A DNA stretch of 63,699 nt, filler included. It is 5 parts of 5 records of this genome, joined end to end, with 100 filler letters (N's around TTAATTAATTAA, not from the genome) between each part and the next. Parts side by side here need not be neighbours in the genome. Positions count along the whole stretch, not along the records: positions 1 to 9,929 come from DRR723986_6438; positions 10,030 to 20,915 come from DRR723986_6439; 3 more parts are not named here. One strand, given 5' to 3'. Below the pieces are notes generated by a model. That model did not search any database. It saw only the letters and a program-made list of their open reading frames with translations, and was not told the DNA's origin. The position numbers and the translations under genes were made by a program. Below, one piece after another: positions 6,418-15,442 of this stretch (position 1 is its first letter; every line of letters starts with the position of its first letter).

Positions 6418-9249
6418 CTAGTGAATGACAGATGTGGAAATTGAGGTGCTGCCACCACCGCCGGAAACTTCAATCACGTATGTGCCGGTCGCAACGCCGC
6501 GGAAATCAATTACATGTGAGAATGGCACGGACGGTTCTACGCGCAGAGTCTCTTGCAGCATCAATTCACCGATTGCATTGTACACGCGCACCTGAACTTC
6601 AGAGGTCTCAAGCGACATCATCGTAAAGCTGAACTGCTCCTGCACGGGATTGGGTCCGTATTCGAGGATCGAAATCTCTCTCTCTGACGGCACGGATGAA
6701 GGCGTGTCGGGTTCCGTCTGAATGCTCATAGTCTTTGACCAGTCCCCAACCGAACCATGCAGCACGTACCGCGCGCGGCCGTAAACGAGCTCACCTTCCG
6801 GCAGGCCGTCCAGCATTAGCAATTCTTGCGGCGAGGTCATTTGCTCGTCATACACCAGCGCGCAGAAAGTCTCATCTGTTGCCAGTTGAATTTGTAGCGT
6901 CTGGCCGGCAAGTGGATTGAGGATGCGGAGTTCAAATTTTTCGGGATCATATGCCGACTGAACTGTTGCGGGCTCAATGCCGCTGGTAGGCGGCATGTTA
7001 AGCACATCGGCCGGCGTAGACTGCAGACTGAAATCAAAAGTGCCACCGGCAACAATCGCAGCATGGTCAATCTGTGAACTCTTAAACTCCTGGCCATTCA
7101 GTTCAACACGTTCCACGTAGATCGCATCTTCGCCGGCAGCATCAGCGGTAATCACAAATGTCTTACCGGGATAAAAACGCTCGTCCAAGTGCAAGGTCAC
7201 CTTGTCAAACAAGGGGCTGGTCACCAGAAAACTCGGAGCACCGGGTTTATCGGGATACAAGCCAAGGGTTGCAAAAGTATACCAGGACGAAAGCCCACCC
7301 GCATCATCATTTCCGGGAATGCCATTGTATGCCGACGTGAATGAATTTTCCATCATGAAGTGGACTTGTTCGACGCTACGCCATTGCTCGCCGGGCGCAT
7401 AATTGTACAGGAATGGAAATGCAAGGTTGTGCTGATTCCAGAAGTAGTGTTCTTCATCGAAGTACTGACGCAAATTGTTAACATATGCCTCGGCACCACC
7501 CATCAACTCCATCAATTTAGGCTGACCATTTGGTACAAAAAAGCGGTAGTTCCAGGCGCTGCCTTCCGTAAACCCTGGGCCGCCAACATGGACACGTCCA
7601 TCTTCAAATACATGCGTATCTTCAGCCGGGTCAAAGGGTGAATACCATTCGCCGGAGGGCATGCGCGGACGGAAGAACTTAGTTTCAGGATCAAAACTGT
7701 TTTCAAAAGTCTTTGAGCGCTCCAGCAGCAATCTGGCATCTGGAATTTTACACAGATCGGCGGCCATGAGTGCGGCACCGGCATCGGCCAGGCAGTATTC
7801 CTGCACGAGCGAAACGTTCGCATCAGAATAGTTAATGCGATTGTCCGAATACGGAATAAAGCCGCGCTCAGTAAACGTCACATTCTCCGGCCGGCCAACA
7901 AAGTTGTCATCCGTCGTAAACGAATGCAGCTTAATGGCTTCGTATGCCAGATCAACGTCAAAACCACGCAATCCGCGATTATAGGAGTCGGTAATCACGA
8001 TATTCGCCGGATCGCCGATCATGACATATGTGTCTGTGCCCGAAATTTCCCAGAGTGGCAATGCGCCGGCTTCCTTATAGTGTTCGAGCATCGACTGAAT
8101 CATGTCATTCTGCTGCTCCGGATACATCAATGCTAAAAACGGATGCACGGTGCGGTAGGTATCCCACAAAGAGTATAATGTGTAACGCGAAAAACCTTCG
8201 GCCTTTTTAACACCACCATTGCTGACGTCAGGATATTCTCCATTGACATCATTAAACAAGTTTGGATGAATCAGGCTGTGGTACAGTCCCGTGTAGAACT
8301 TAACTTTATCGTCTTCGTTGTCGTCTTCAATCTCCACGCGCGAAATCGTTTGATTCCATTCATCATAGGCTTCTTGAGCAACGCGTTCAAAGTCCCAGTC
8401 CGGCAGTTCGGTTTCCAGGTTAAGTTTGGCATTGTCGATACTGACGTAGGAAATCCCGACTTTAACTGTTATCAGCTCACCTTCTTGTGTGTTAAAGCGG
8501 AAGTACCCGCCCACATCTTTGCCTTCGGCACTTTGCTGGCCGTCGGTGTTAAGTTCTCCATCTTTCCAGACTCCCCCACTCACCATCGGCTTGGAGAAGC
8601 GCGCATAAAAATAGGTCGTCTCTCTGGTCGGTATACCCCAGAAATCGCCACCTACTTTATAGCCCACCAGCGTATTGTTACCTCTGATTTCGATGTAGGC
8701 ATTGTCAGTCCGCGTTATTCCACCGGACACATGCATCAGGATATTGGCATCACCATTGTGCTTCGGAAAGGTAAATCGCGTCATTCCAACGCGTTTGGTA
8801 CTGGTATTTTCGGCATCGATAGCGTAGCGATGCAGGCGTGTACGAAAGTATCCGGCCCGCGACTCGGAATCGGCACTGGAGTATGGCGAAGACCATTGCA
8901 GTTTGTCGGTTTGGACGTCACCACTGGTAGCCATCAGCAGGAGGTTCCCCCATCCCGAGCATCCTGGCCCACTAACGTTGGTATGCACAAATCCGTAGAT
9001 ACGGTTGGAGGTAGCGTAGAATCCGCTGATACTCCCACCATTTGTATAGGGCGTCAGCTGCACCATTCCCCAGGGCACACATGGTCCCGGAAAGGTGTGC
9101 GCGCCTCCCAGCGAGCCGATCATAGGATCGATATACTGTGCATAATCTGTTTCCTGACTAAGGAGATTTGCACAAAAAATACCTTGCAGCAGGACCAGCA
9201 AAGCCATTTTGTTAGTCACTGAACGAGGAATGCCAATTCGATGTACCAT
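6418..9249 (-). CDS. GH92 alpha-mannosidase with FN3-like region and T9SS type-A-like C-terminal sorting domain
   Basis: 'DPMIGS..AHTFPG..PWGMVQLTP', 'SLWDTYRTVHP', 'FTEGSAW', 'GNDDAG'; C-terminal 'PNPV...VYNAIG...GTYVI'; start could be as late as 9207. Confidence 0.9.
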   Translation of the reverse strand: MVHRIGIPRSVTNKMALLVLLQGIFCANLLSQETDYAQYIDPMIGSLGGAHTFPGPCVPWGMVQLTPYTNGGSISGFYATSNRIYGFVHTNVSGPGCSGWGNLLLMATSGDVQTDKLQWSSPYSSADSESRAGYFRTRLHRYAIDAENTSTKRVGMTRFTFPKHNGDANILMHVSGGITRTDNAYIEIRGNNTLVGYKVGGDFWGIPTRETTYFYARFSKPMVSGGVWKDGELNTDGQQSAEGKDVGGYFRFNTQEGELITVKVGISYVSIDNAKLNLETELPDWDFERVAQEAYDEWNQTISRVEIEDDNEDDKVKFYTGLYHSLIHPNLFNDVNGEYPDVSNGGVKKAEGFSRYTLYSLWDTYRTVHPFLALMYPEQQNDMIQSMLEHYKEAGALPLWEISGTDTYVMIGDPANIVITDSYNRGLRGFDVDLAYEAIKLHSFTTDDNFVGRPENVTFTERGFIPYSDNRINYSDANVSLVQEYCLADAGAALMAADLCKIPDARLLLERSKTFENSFDPETKFFRPRMPSGEWYSPFDPAEDTHVFEDGRVHVGGPGFTEGSAWNYRFFVPNGQPKLMELMGGAEAYVNNLRQYFDEEHYFWNQHNLAFPFLYNYAPGEQWRSVEQVHFMMENSFTSAYNGIPGNDDAGGLSSWYTFATLGLYPDKPGAPSFLVTSPLFDKVTLHLDERFYPGKTFVITADAAGEDAIYVERVELNGQEFKSSQIDHAAIVAGGTFDFSLQSTPADVLNMPPTSGIEPATVQSAYDPEKFELRILNPLAGQTLQIQLATDETFCALVYDEQMTSPQELLMLDGLPEGELVYGRARYVLHGSVGDWSKTMSIQTEPDTPSSVPSEREISILEYGPNPVQEQFSFTMMSLETSEVQVRVYNAIGELMLQETLRVEPSVPFSHVIDFRGVATGTYVIEVSGGGGSTSISTSVIH

Positions 9250-9551
9250 CAAGTTTTTTTGTTCGTGAGCCCTTGAGCAATGAGGCGCCGATCCGGATTA
9301 AATGTCGTGGCGCCCCAGGCCTTGAGCCATGGCAAAAACGGTGGGGGGATTGCAATATATGGATGAAATGTGACAGATCAACCAACACAAGCCAATCAAC
9401 AGAGAAGTGGCGAAAAGGTTACAGTGTTTGGGGTGGTGCAGATGGGAGTTTTTGGGTTGGGCCGGACTCCTGCGTGGAGTTGTACGGATTGAATTTCAAC
9501 GAATCTCACCGAGCGCAATTGATCGCTAAGCTTTGGTAATTCTGGCTTTCT

Positions 9552-9929
9552 GTGAGCACCACTTTGCTAATCAGACTTCATATCACGCGCTTGCACTATG
9601 CGTTTGGTCTGGGGGACAAAACCAATACCGTCGGCAACAAGATCAAAACCATCACTTCATTTCTGAACAGGTGTGTTAGCCGTGGAATTGAGGTCAATCC
9701 GGAATTCAAGAAATTCAAACGCCTTTCAGAGAATTCCGTCCAGGTTGCTTTGTCGCTCGAAGAGCTGGAAGCTATTCACCAAGTCACGATTCCGCTGGAT
9801 GACCGCCTCTCCGGCATCCGCGACATCTTCCTGCTGCTCTGCTACACCGGCCTGCGCTACTGCGATGTCGTCAAACTGCGTCCCGTCAATCTTAAAGACG
9901 ACATGCTGATTGTCAACACCGTCAAAACC
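9552..9929 (+). pseudogene. Tyrosine recombinase/phage-type integrase fragment (5' truncated, runs into gap)
   Basis: 'RDIFLLLCYTGLRYCDV..L' box I; the N-terminal arm-binding region and a credible start are missing. Confidence 0.7.
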
Positions 9930-10029
9930 NNNNNNNNNNNNNNNNNNNNNNNNNNNNNNNNNNNNNNNNNNNNTTAATTAATTAANNNNNNNNNNNNNNN
10001 NNNNNNNNNNNNNNNNNNNNNNNNNNNNN
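9930..10029. other. Artificial contig linker
   Basis: N-run + TTAATTAATTAA (stops in all frames) + N-run. Confidence 0.98.
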
Positions 10030-10431
10030 ACGCTTGTTGATGATTTCCTTCATCTTTTTTTCGATGGTGCCGAGATCTTCGGGTGTAAAAGGCTCGGCGC
10101 GATCAAAGTCATAGTACCAGCCGTTTTCGATCACGGGGCCGATGGTAACTTTGGTCGCGGGCCAGATTTCCTGCACCGCGCGGGCCATGATGTGCGCAAG
10201 ATCGTGACGGATCAGCTCGTTCGCCTGGGCTTCGTCCTTCATGGTGTGAAGGGCGATGTCGGCATCCGAGTCGATGGGCCATGAGAGATCCCAGTGCTGA
10301 CCGTTGACGGTCGCGCTGATGGCTTTTTTAGCGAGAGAAGTAGAGATGTCAGCCGCGACCTGCGCAGGGGTTACGCCCGCGTCATAGGATCGTGCATTGC
10401 CATCGGGAAGTGTGAGAGAGATTTGGGCCAT
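10030..10431 (-). CDS. thrS: Threonine--tRNA ligase, N-terminal part (truncated by gap)
   Basis: TGS domain 'ISLTLPDG', 'RHDLAHIMA', '[14 protein letters not shown]'. Confidence 0.95.
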
Positions 10432-10645
10432 GGTCTGGCTGCTCCTCGTCGGTTTGGCGCCCACTGAACGCCCGGTTGCGGGTTATGTGTTCGGCCTATT
10501 TGGAGCGGGGGGCGTGGCAAGTCAAGACGTGTCTGGGGCCTGAATTGGGGGACTCAGCGGCTGTACAATTGGTTTTCTAACAAAAACAGCATTGCAGACG
10601 GGGGAAAGGCCTCGCATGATCAGGAAAATATCAAGGGGGGCCAAC

Positions 10646-11395
10646 GTGCCAGCGACGGATTTTCTGGAAACAGCACAGGGCCACAAACTGGCCTATCACA
10701 AAACCGAAGGCGCGGGTCCGACCGTGGTTTTCCTTGGGGGGCTGAAGTCGGATATGGAGGGCACCAAAGCGGTGCATCTTGAAGCCTGGTGTCAGGCGCG
10801 CGGGCAGGGATTTTTGCGGTTTGACTATTCGGGGCATGGTGAAAGCTCGGGCACTTTTGATGAGGGGTGCATTGGCGATTGGCACGCCGATACATTGGCG
10901 GCGATTGATGCGTTGACCGAGGGGCCGTTGATTGTGGTTGGGTCATCCATGGGAGGCTGGCAGGCGCTGTTGTTGGCGCGCGAACGGGCTAATCGGATCG
11001 CGGGCATGGTCACGGTGGCCGCAGCGCCCGATTTCACCGAAGACGGATGGTGGGCGTCGTTTGATGATGCACAAAAGATATGCCTGCAGAGCGATGGGTA
11101 TATTGAGCTGCCATCGGATTACATGGAACCTTATTACGTCACCATGCGGATGATCAGGGATGGGCGCGAGCGGCTGGTGTTGCGCACGCCTTTGAACCTG
11201 CCGTTTCCGGTGCGGTGCTTGCAGGGCACGGCGGATACAGCAGTGACAACAGAGACCGCCGTGCGGTTGCTGGAACATGCGACCTGCGAAGACATGCGCC
11301 TGTTGCTGGTCAAAGACGCGGATCATCGGTTTTCGGACGGGCCGTGTTTGGGGCTGATTGAACAGGCGGTGTTGGATGTGATGGGCGCCGTATGA
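10646..11395 (+). CDS. Alpha/beta hydrolase (ABHD10-like)
   Basis: 'RFDYSGHGES', GSSMGG nucleophile, 'DHRFS'; GTG start after a G-rich RBS. Confidence 0.9.
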   Translation: MPATDFLETAQGHKLAYHKTEGAGPTVVFLGGLKSDMEGTKAVHLEAWCQARGQGFLRFDYSGHGESSGTFDEGCIGDWHADTLAAIDALTEGPLIVVGSSMGGWQALLLARERANRIAGMVTVAAAPDFTEDGWWASFDDAQKICLQSDGYIELPSDYMEPYYVTMRMIRDGRERLVLRTPLNLPFPVRCLQGTADTAVTTETAVRLLEHATCEDMRLLLVKDADHRFSDGPCLGLIEQAVLDVMGAV

Positions 11396-12387
11396 TACGC
11401 AGTGTGGGTAAATTTCTGGGACGCAGCGCGCTGGCGGTGATCGCTGTGGGCGGGGCGTTCTGGGTTTTTGGCCCGTATGAAGAGGTCAACCTGTCGCCTG
11501 AGTTCGAGCCGCGCAGATTTGGCGAGGGCGTTCAGGTCTATTTCGAGAGCATTGAATCCCAGTACAAGGATATCACGCCGGGCGTTGCCAAGCGGGTGAT
11601 CTGGCAGGATGGCTATAAAGAGCAGCGCACGCCGTATTCAGTGGTGTATCTGCACGGGTTTTCCGCCACCTCTGAAGAAATTCGCCCGGTTCCCGATCGG
11701 GTGGCCGAGGCATTGGGCGCCAATCTGGTTTACACACGAATGCGCGGACATGGTCGGGGCAGCGACCCGATGATGGAGGCGACGGCATCAGATTGGATGC
11801 AGGATACGGCCGAGGCATTGGCGGCTGGACGCGCGGTTGGGGAGCAGGTTGTCGTTATCGCGACGTCGACGGGGGCCACATTGGCGGCTGCGGCGGCGTT
11901 GAACCCTGAGCTGAGCAAAGATGTGGCGGCGGCGGTGTTTATCTCACCCAACTTTGGTTTGAATGACCCGTTTGCATGGGTGTTGACCCTGCCGGCTGCG
12001 CGATATTGGGCCCCGCTGGTGATGGGGGGCGAGCGCGTCACCTCGGGCGGGGATCCGGAAAAGGACAAATTCTGGACGACGCGTTATTCGTGGGGGGCGT
12101 TGGCGCCGCTGGCGGCTTTGGTGCGCGATGTCGAGGCGCTCGATTTTTCTGGGGCGACGGTGCCGGCGTTGTTCCGGCTGTCGGATGAAGACCGGGTTGT
12201 ACGCCCGGATCTTGGCCATGAGGTTGCTGGCCGGTGGGGCGCAACTGCCTTGGTGCAGGTGGTCAAGATGGGCCTCGAAGACGACCCATCGGCGCATGTC
12301 ATCACGGGCGATATCATGTCACCGGGGCAAACAGATGAGACAGTCCGCGATATTATGGCGTGGCTTGAGGCGCATGGGATAAAGTAA
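11392..12387 (+). CDS. Alpha/beta hydrolase with N-terminal anchor
   Basis: 'YLHGFSA', 'GHGR', ATSTG nucleophile, 'AHVITG'. Confidence 0.85.
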   Translation: MIRSVGKFLGRSALAVIAVGGAFWVFGPYEEVNLSPEFEPRRFGEGVQVYFESIESQYKDITPGVAKRVIWQDGYKEQRTPYSVVYLHGFSATSEEIRPVPDRVAEALGANLVYTRMRGHGRGSDPMMEATASDWMQDTAEALAAGRAVGEQVVVIATSTGATLAAAAALNPELSKDVAAAVFISPNFGLNDPFAWVLTLPAARYWAPLVMGGERVTSGGDPEKDKFWTTRYSWGALAPLAALVRDVEALDFSGATVPALFRLSDEDRVVRPDLGHEVAGRWGATALVQVVKMGLEDDPSAHVITGDIMSPGQTDETVRDIMAWLEAHGIK

Positions 12388-12815
12388 TGGAACAACGCGT
12401 AAGTTTGATCACGCTTGGCGTGCGCGACATGGCGCAGGCGGCGGCGTTTTACGAAGCGCTAGGCTGGCGACGTGTTGAAACCCCGGATGGGGTGATTGCC
12501 TTTGACCTGATTGGTCAGGTGTTGGGCCTTTATCCGCTGGGCAAACTGGCCGAAGACATCGGGCTGCCTGTTGCCGATTTGGGGCAGGGGGCGATGACGC
12601 TGAGCTATAATTGCCGGACCAAAGACGACGTTGGCGATGTACTGGATCGAGCGGCGCAGGCGGGGGCAGAGATCCTGAAGCCCGCAGCGGACGTGTTCTG
12701 GGGCGGGCATCATGGCTATTTCCGCGCGCCCGACGGCACGATTTGGGAAATCGCGCATAACCCGTTTTCGCCTTTGGGGCCGAATGGAGAGTTCTGTTGG
12801 AACGGGCATAGCTGA
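12387..12815 (+). CDS. VOC family protein
   Basis: 'RVSLITLGVRD', 'FWGGHHGYF..PDG..WEIA'. Confidence 0.9.
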   Translation: MEQRVSLITLGVRDMAQAAAFYEALGWRRVETPDGVIAFDLIGQVLGLYPLGKLAEDIGLPVADLGQGAMTLSYNCRTKDDVGDVLDRAAQAGAEILKPAADVFWGGHHGYFRAPDGTIWEIAHNPFSPLGPNGEFCWNGHS

Positions 12816-13447
12816 TGCGGACACCGGGCAGCATGTGGAGCCTCGAGACTTTTGGGCGACAGCGGCTGTCCCGGCATTTCTACATGCGCGATTTCCTGTA
12901 TTCCGAGATCGGTAATTTTCACGAAAAACAGAACCTGCCGGATAATCCGGATCTGGTTTTGGAAACCGGTCGGGCGTTTTGTGAAACGCTGATGGACCCG
13001 CTCGAAGAGACCTTTGGGCGGGTGGCGGTGCGGTCTGGGTATCGTTCGCCCTCGCTGAACCAATTTGGCAATGACAACAAGCTGAACTGCGCGCGCAATA
13101 GCCATCCGTTGGAATGCCACATCTGGGACCGGGGCGTTGGGGACGCGCGGATCGCGGGGGCGTCGGTGGTGATCCCATGGTTTGCTGATCAATACGCAGC
13201 GGGGCGGGACTGGCGCGATCTGGCGTGGTGGTTGCATGACCATCTGGATTATTCCGAGGTCTGGTTTTTTCCCAAACTGTGTGCGTTCAATTTGGTCTGG
13301 CGCCCTGTGCCGCTGCGCCGGATCGACAGCTATATTGCGCCGCGTGGACGGTTGATTGTGGCAGGGCAGGAGCCTGTGGTTCCGCTGACTGCGCGTCAGG
13401 ACCGTTATGCGGATTTTCCACCGTTTCGGGGCATCGCGTATCCCTAA
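12815..13447 (+). CDS. Conserved hypothetical protein, peptidase M15-like fold
   Basis: 'LSRHF..RDF..SE', 'SGYRSPSLN'; translationally coupled to the VOC gene. Confidence 0.65.
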   Translation: MRTPGSMWSLETFGRQRLSRHFYMRDFLYSEIGNFHEKQNLPDNPDLVLETGRAFCETLMDPLEETFGRVAVRSGYRSPSLNQFGNDNKLNCARNSHPLECHIWDRGVGDARIAGASVVIPWFADQYAAGRDWRDLAWWLHDHLDYSEVWFFPKLCAFNLVWRPVPLRRIDSYIAPRGRLIVAGQEPVVPLTARQDRYADFPPFRGIAYP

Positions 13448-13545
13448 GGTAAGACTTGCCCGTTGGGGGCAAAACACGCATTCTGCGCTGAGCATGGATT
13501 TGAGTGCTGTTTGAGTAAACGTGTTGATTCACAAAGGGTTTTGGA

Positions 13546-14241
13546 ATGACTGAGCCATTGGTTCTGGTGCCGGGAATGATGTGCGATGCGCGGCTGTATG
13601 AGCATCAGTTGTTGCATTTATCGCGCGAACGGGCGGTGACGATTGCCCCCGTCACGCAGGGCGATCGGATCGAAGACATCGCCGCGCACCTGTTGGAACA
13701 GTTGCCTGCGCGCTTTGCTTTGGCAGGCTTAAGCATGGGCGGCATCGTCGCGATGGAGCTGATCCGCCGCGCCCCGGAACGTGTGACGCGATTGTGTCTG
13801 ATGGACACCGAGGCCATGGCCGACACGCCCCATATTGCGGCGGCACGAGAACCGATGATTGTCGGGGCCAAGGCGGGGCGGTTGGATGAGGTGATGCGCC
13901 AAGCCATGCAGCCAGAGTTTTTAGCCCCCGGACCGCAGCGCATGGCGGTTTTGGATCGCGTCTATCAAATGGCGCGGGATCTGGGGCCGGATCTGTTTGA
14001 ACGTCAGTCTCGGGCCTTGCAACGGCGACCGGACCAGCAAAGCACCCTGCGTCGGATCAAGGTGCCGACGTTGATTTTGTGTGGCGCGCATGATGCGTTG
14101 ACGCCAGTTAAACGGCACACGTTCATGGCCGAGCTGATCCCCGGTGCCCACCTGCAAGTGATTGAAGATGCGGGTCATTTGCCGGTTCTGGAAACGCCAG
14201 AGATCGTGACGCAGGCCTTGAGGGAGTGGCTGGCGCTTTAA
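13546..14241 (+). CDS. Alpha/beta hydrolase
   Basis: GLSMGG nucleophile, 'AGHLPVLE'. Confidence 0.9.
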   Translation: MTEPLVLVPGMMCDARLYEHQLLHLSRERAVTIAPVTQGDRIEDIAAHLLEQLPARFALAGLSMGGIVAMELIRRAPERVTRLCLMDTEAMADTPHIAAAREPMIVGAKAGRLDEVMRQAMQPEFLAPGPQRMAVLDRVYQMARDLGPDLFERQSRALQRRPDQQSTLRRIKVPTLILCGAHDALTPVKRHTFMAELIPGAHLQVIEDAGHLPVLETPEIVTQALREWLAL

Positions 14242-14277
14242 ACTATCGTGAGTTTGGTGAGTGGTAACATGGTAGGT

Positions 14278-14820
14278 ATGAGTTGGAATGCTGCGGTGCT
14301 TGATGCGATGCGTCCCTTGTTCGCAAGTCAGGATTTCCTAGTCTTTTTGGCGGCCTTGATTGTGATTGTTATCTTGGTCGTGCGCATTGTGCGCAAGAGC
14401 CGGGACACGCCGTCAAAAGATCAGAATTGGGTCATTTTGGACGGGTCCAACGTCTTGTATTGGAAAGATGAAACCCCCCAGATCCAAACCGTGCGCGAGG
14501 TTCTGGCGCGGGTGAAAGAGCTGGGGTTTACGCCGGGTGTGATGTTCGATGCCAATGCAGGATATCTGGTTTCGGGGTCTTATCAGCATGACCACCGATT
14601 CAGTAAGCAACTGGGATTGCCTGAAAACCATGTGATGGTTGTGCCCAAGGGAAAGCCCGCCGATCCTTATATTCTGGCGGCGGCCCGTGATCTGGGCGCG
14701 CGGATCGTCACAAATGACCGCTATCGGGATTGGGAGGCACAGCACAGCGAAATTCGCACACCCGGATTTCTGATCAAGGGCGGGTATCGGGCGGGTAAGC
14801 TGTGGCTTGATGTGGATTAG
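14278..14820 (+). CDS. NYN/Zc3h12a-like PIN ribonuclease domain protein with N-terminal TM helix
   Basis: 'ILDGSNV', 'FDANAG', 'PADPYIL', 'IVTNDRYRDW'; start uncertain. Confidence 0.75.
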   Translation: MSWNAAVLDAMRPLFASQDFLVFLAALIVIVILVVRIVRKSRDTPSKDQNWVILDGSNVLYWKDETPQIQTVREVLARVKELGFTPGVMFDANAGYLVSGSYQHDHRFSKQLGLPENHVMVVPKGKPADPYILAAARDLGARIVTNDRYRDWEAQHSEIRTPGFLIKGGYRAGKLWLDVD

Positions 14821-14847
14821 GCAACAGCTCTGCTTAGGACCGCGACC

Positions 14848-15438
14848 TTATCGTTTGGGGTAGAGTTGCTTGCGTTCGTCTTTCGTCAGGATCGTAGCGG
14901 GGCGAACGGGTTCACCTGTGTCCACGTCAAAAAACGGCGTGTCGCGCCAGCGGCCGGATAGGCGGGCGGCGATCATGCGCTGAAACAGGGCAAAGGCCGA
15001 ACGCCCAACGTTCTTGTGTTTGTGTTTGCCATCAGGTTGGGGAATGAACCCCTCGCTGATCACCGGTCCCAACCGGTCAGGGTCTGCCAGCCGTGCCGCA
15101 GCAATGCCAGCAAAGGCCATTTTGGGGGATTTCAGGGTGTTGAACATCGGAGCGTTGCAACAGGTTGCGTACCAGCGAAACAACCCTTTGGGACCGAGAC
15201 GGAACAGACCGAGATGCTGTTCGCCTTGGGTGATGTGAATGACATCGGGTGTGGTTTGCAGGATATCGACCGGGCCGGGGGCCGGGTCGGGCTGGCCTAA
15301 GTGCAGTTCAGCCGCGCGGCAATCGGCGCAGTAACACACAACGTGATTGCCGGTTTTGGCGGCAGAGGCATCGAGATGCCCCTGCACAGACCCGCAAGTG
15401 CAGGAAAAGGCGAGATCGCTGGAAGAGGCCCCGCCCAT
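14848..15438 (-). CDS. DUF6151 / GFA-like Zn-binding protein
   Basis: 'CTCG', 'CYCADC', 'RWYATCCNAP'. Confidence 0.8.
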   Translation of the reverse strand: MGGASSSDLAFSCTCGSVQGHLDASAAKTGNHVVCYCADCRAAELHLGQPDPAPGPVDILQTTPDVIHITQGEQHLGLFRLGPKGLFRWYATCCNAPMFNTLKSPKMAFAGIAAARLADPDRLGPVISEGFIPQPDGKHKHKNVGRSAFALFQRMIAARLSGRWRDTPFFDVDTGEPVRPATILTKDERKQLYPKR

Positions 15439-15442
15439 TGTC

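Noticed and set aside
8266-9222. Long antisense ORFs (e.g. 8266-9222, 15569-16882, 25446-26381, 28645-29790)
   Set aside because: Shadow frames opposite well-supported genes; no motifs or RBS
9974-9985. TTAATTAATTAA occurring four times in the window
   Set aside because: Synthetic all-frame-stop linker inside N-runs, not biological
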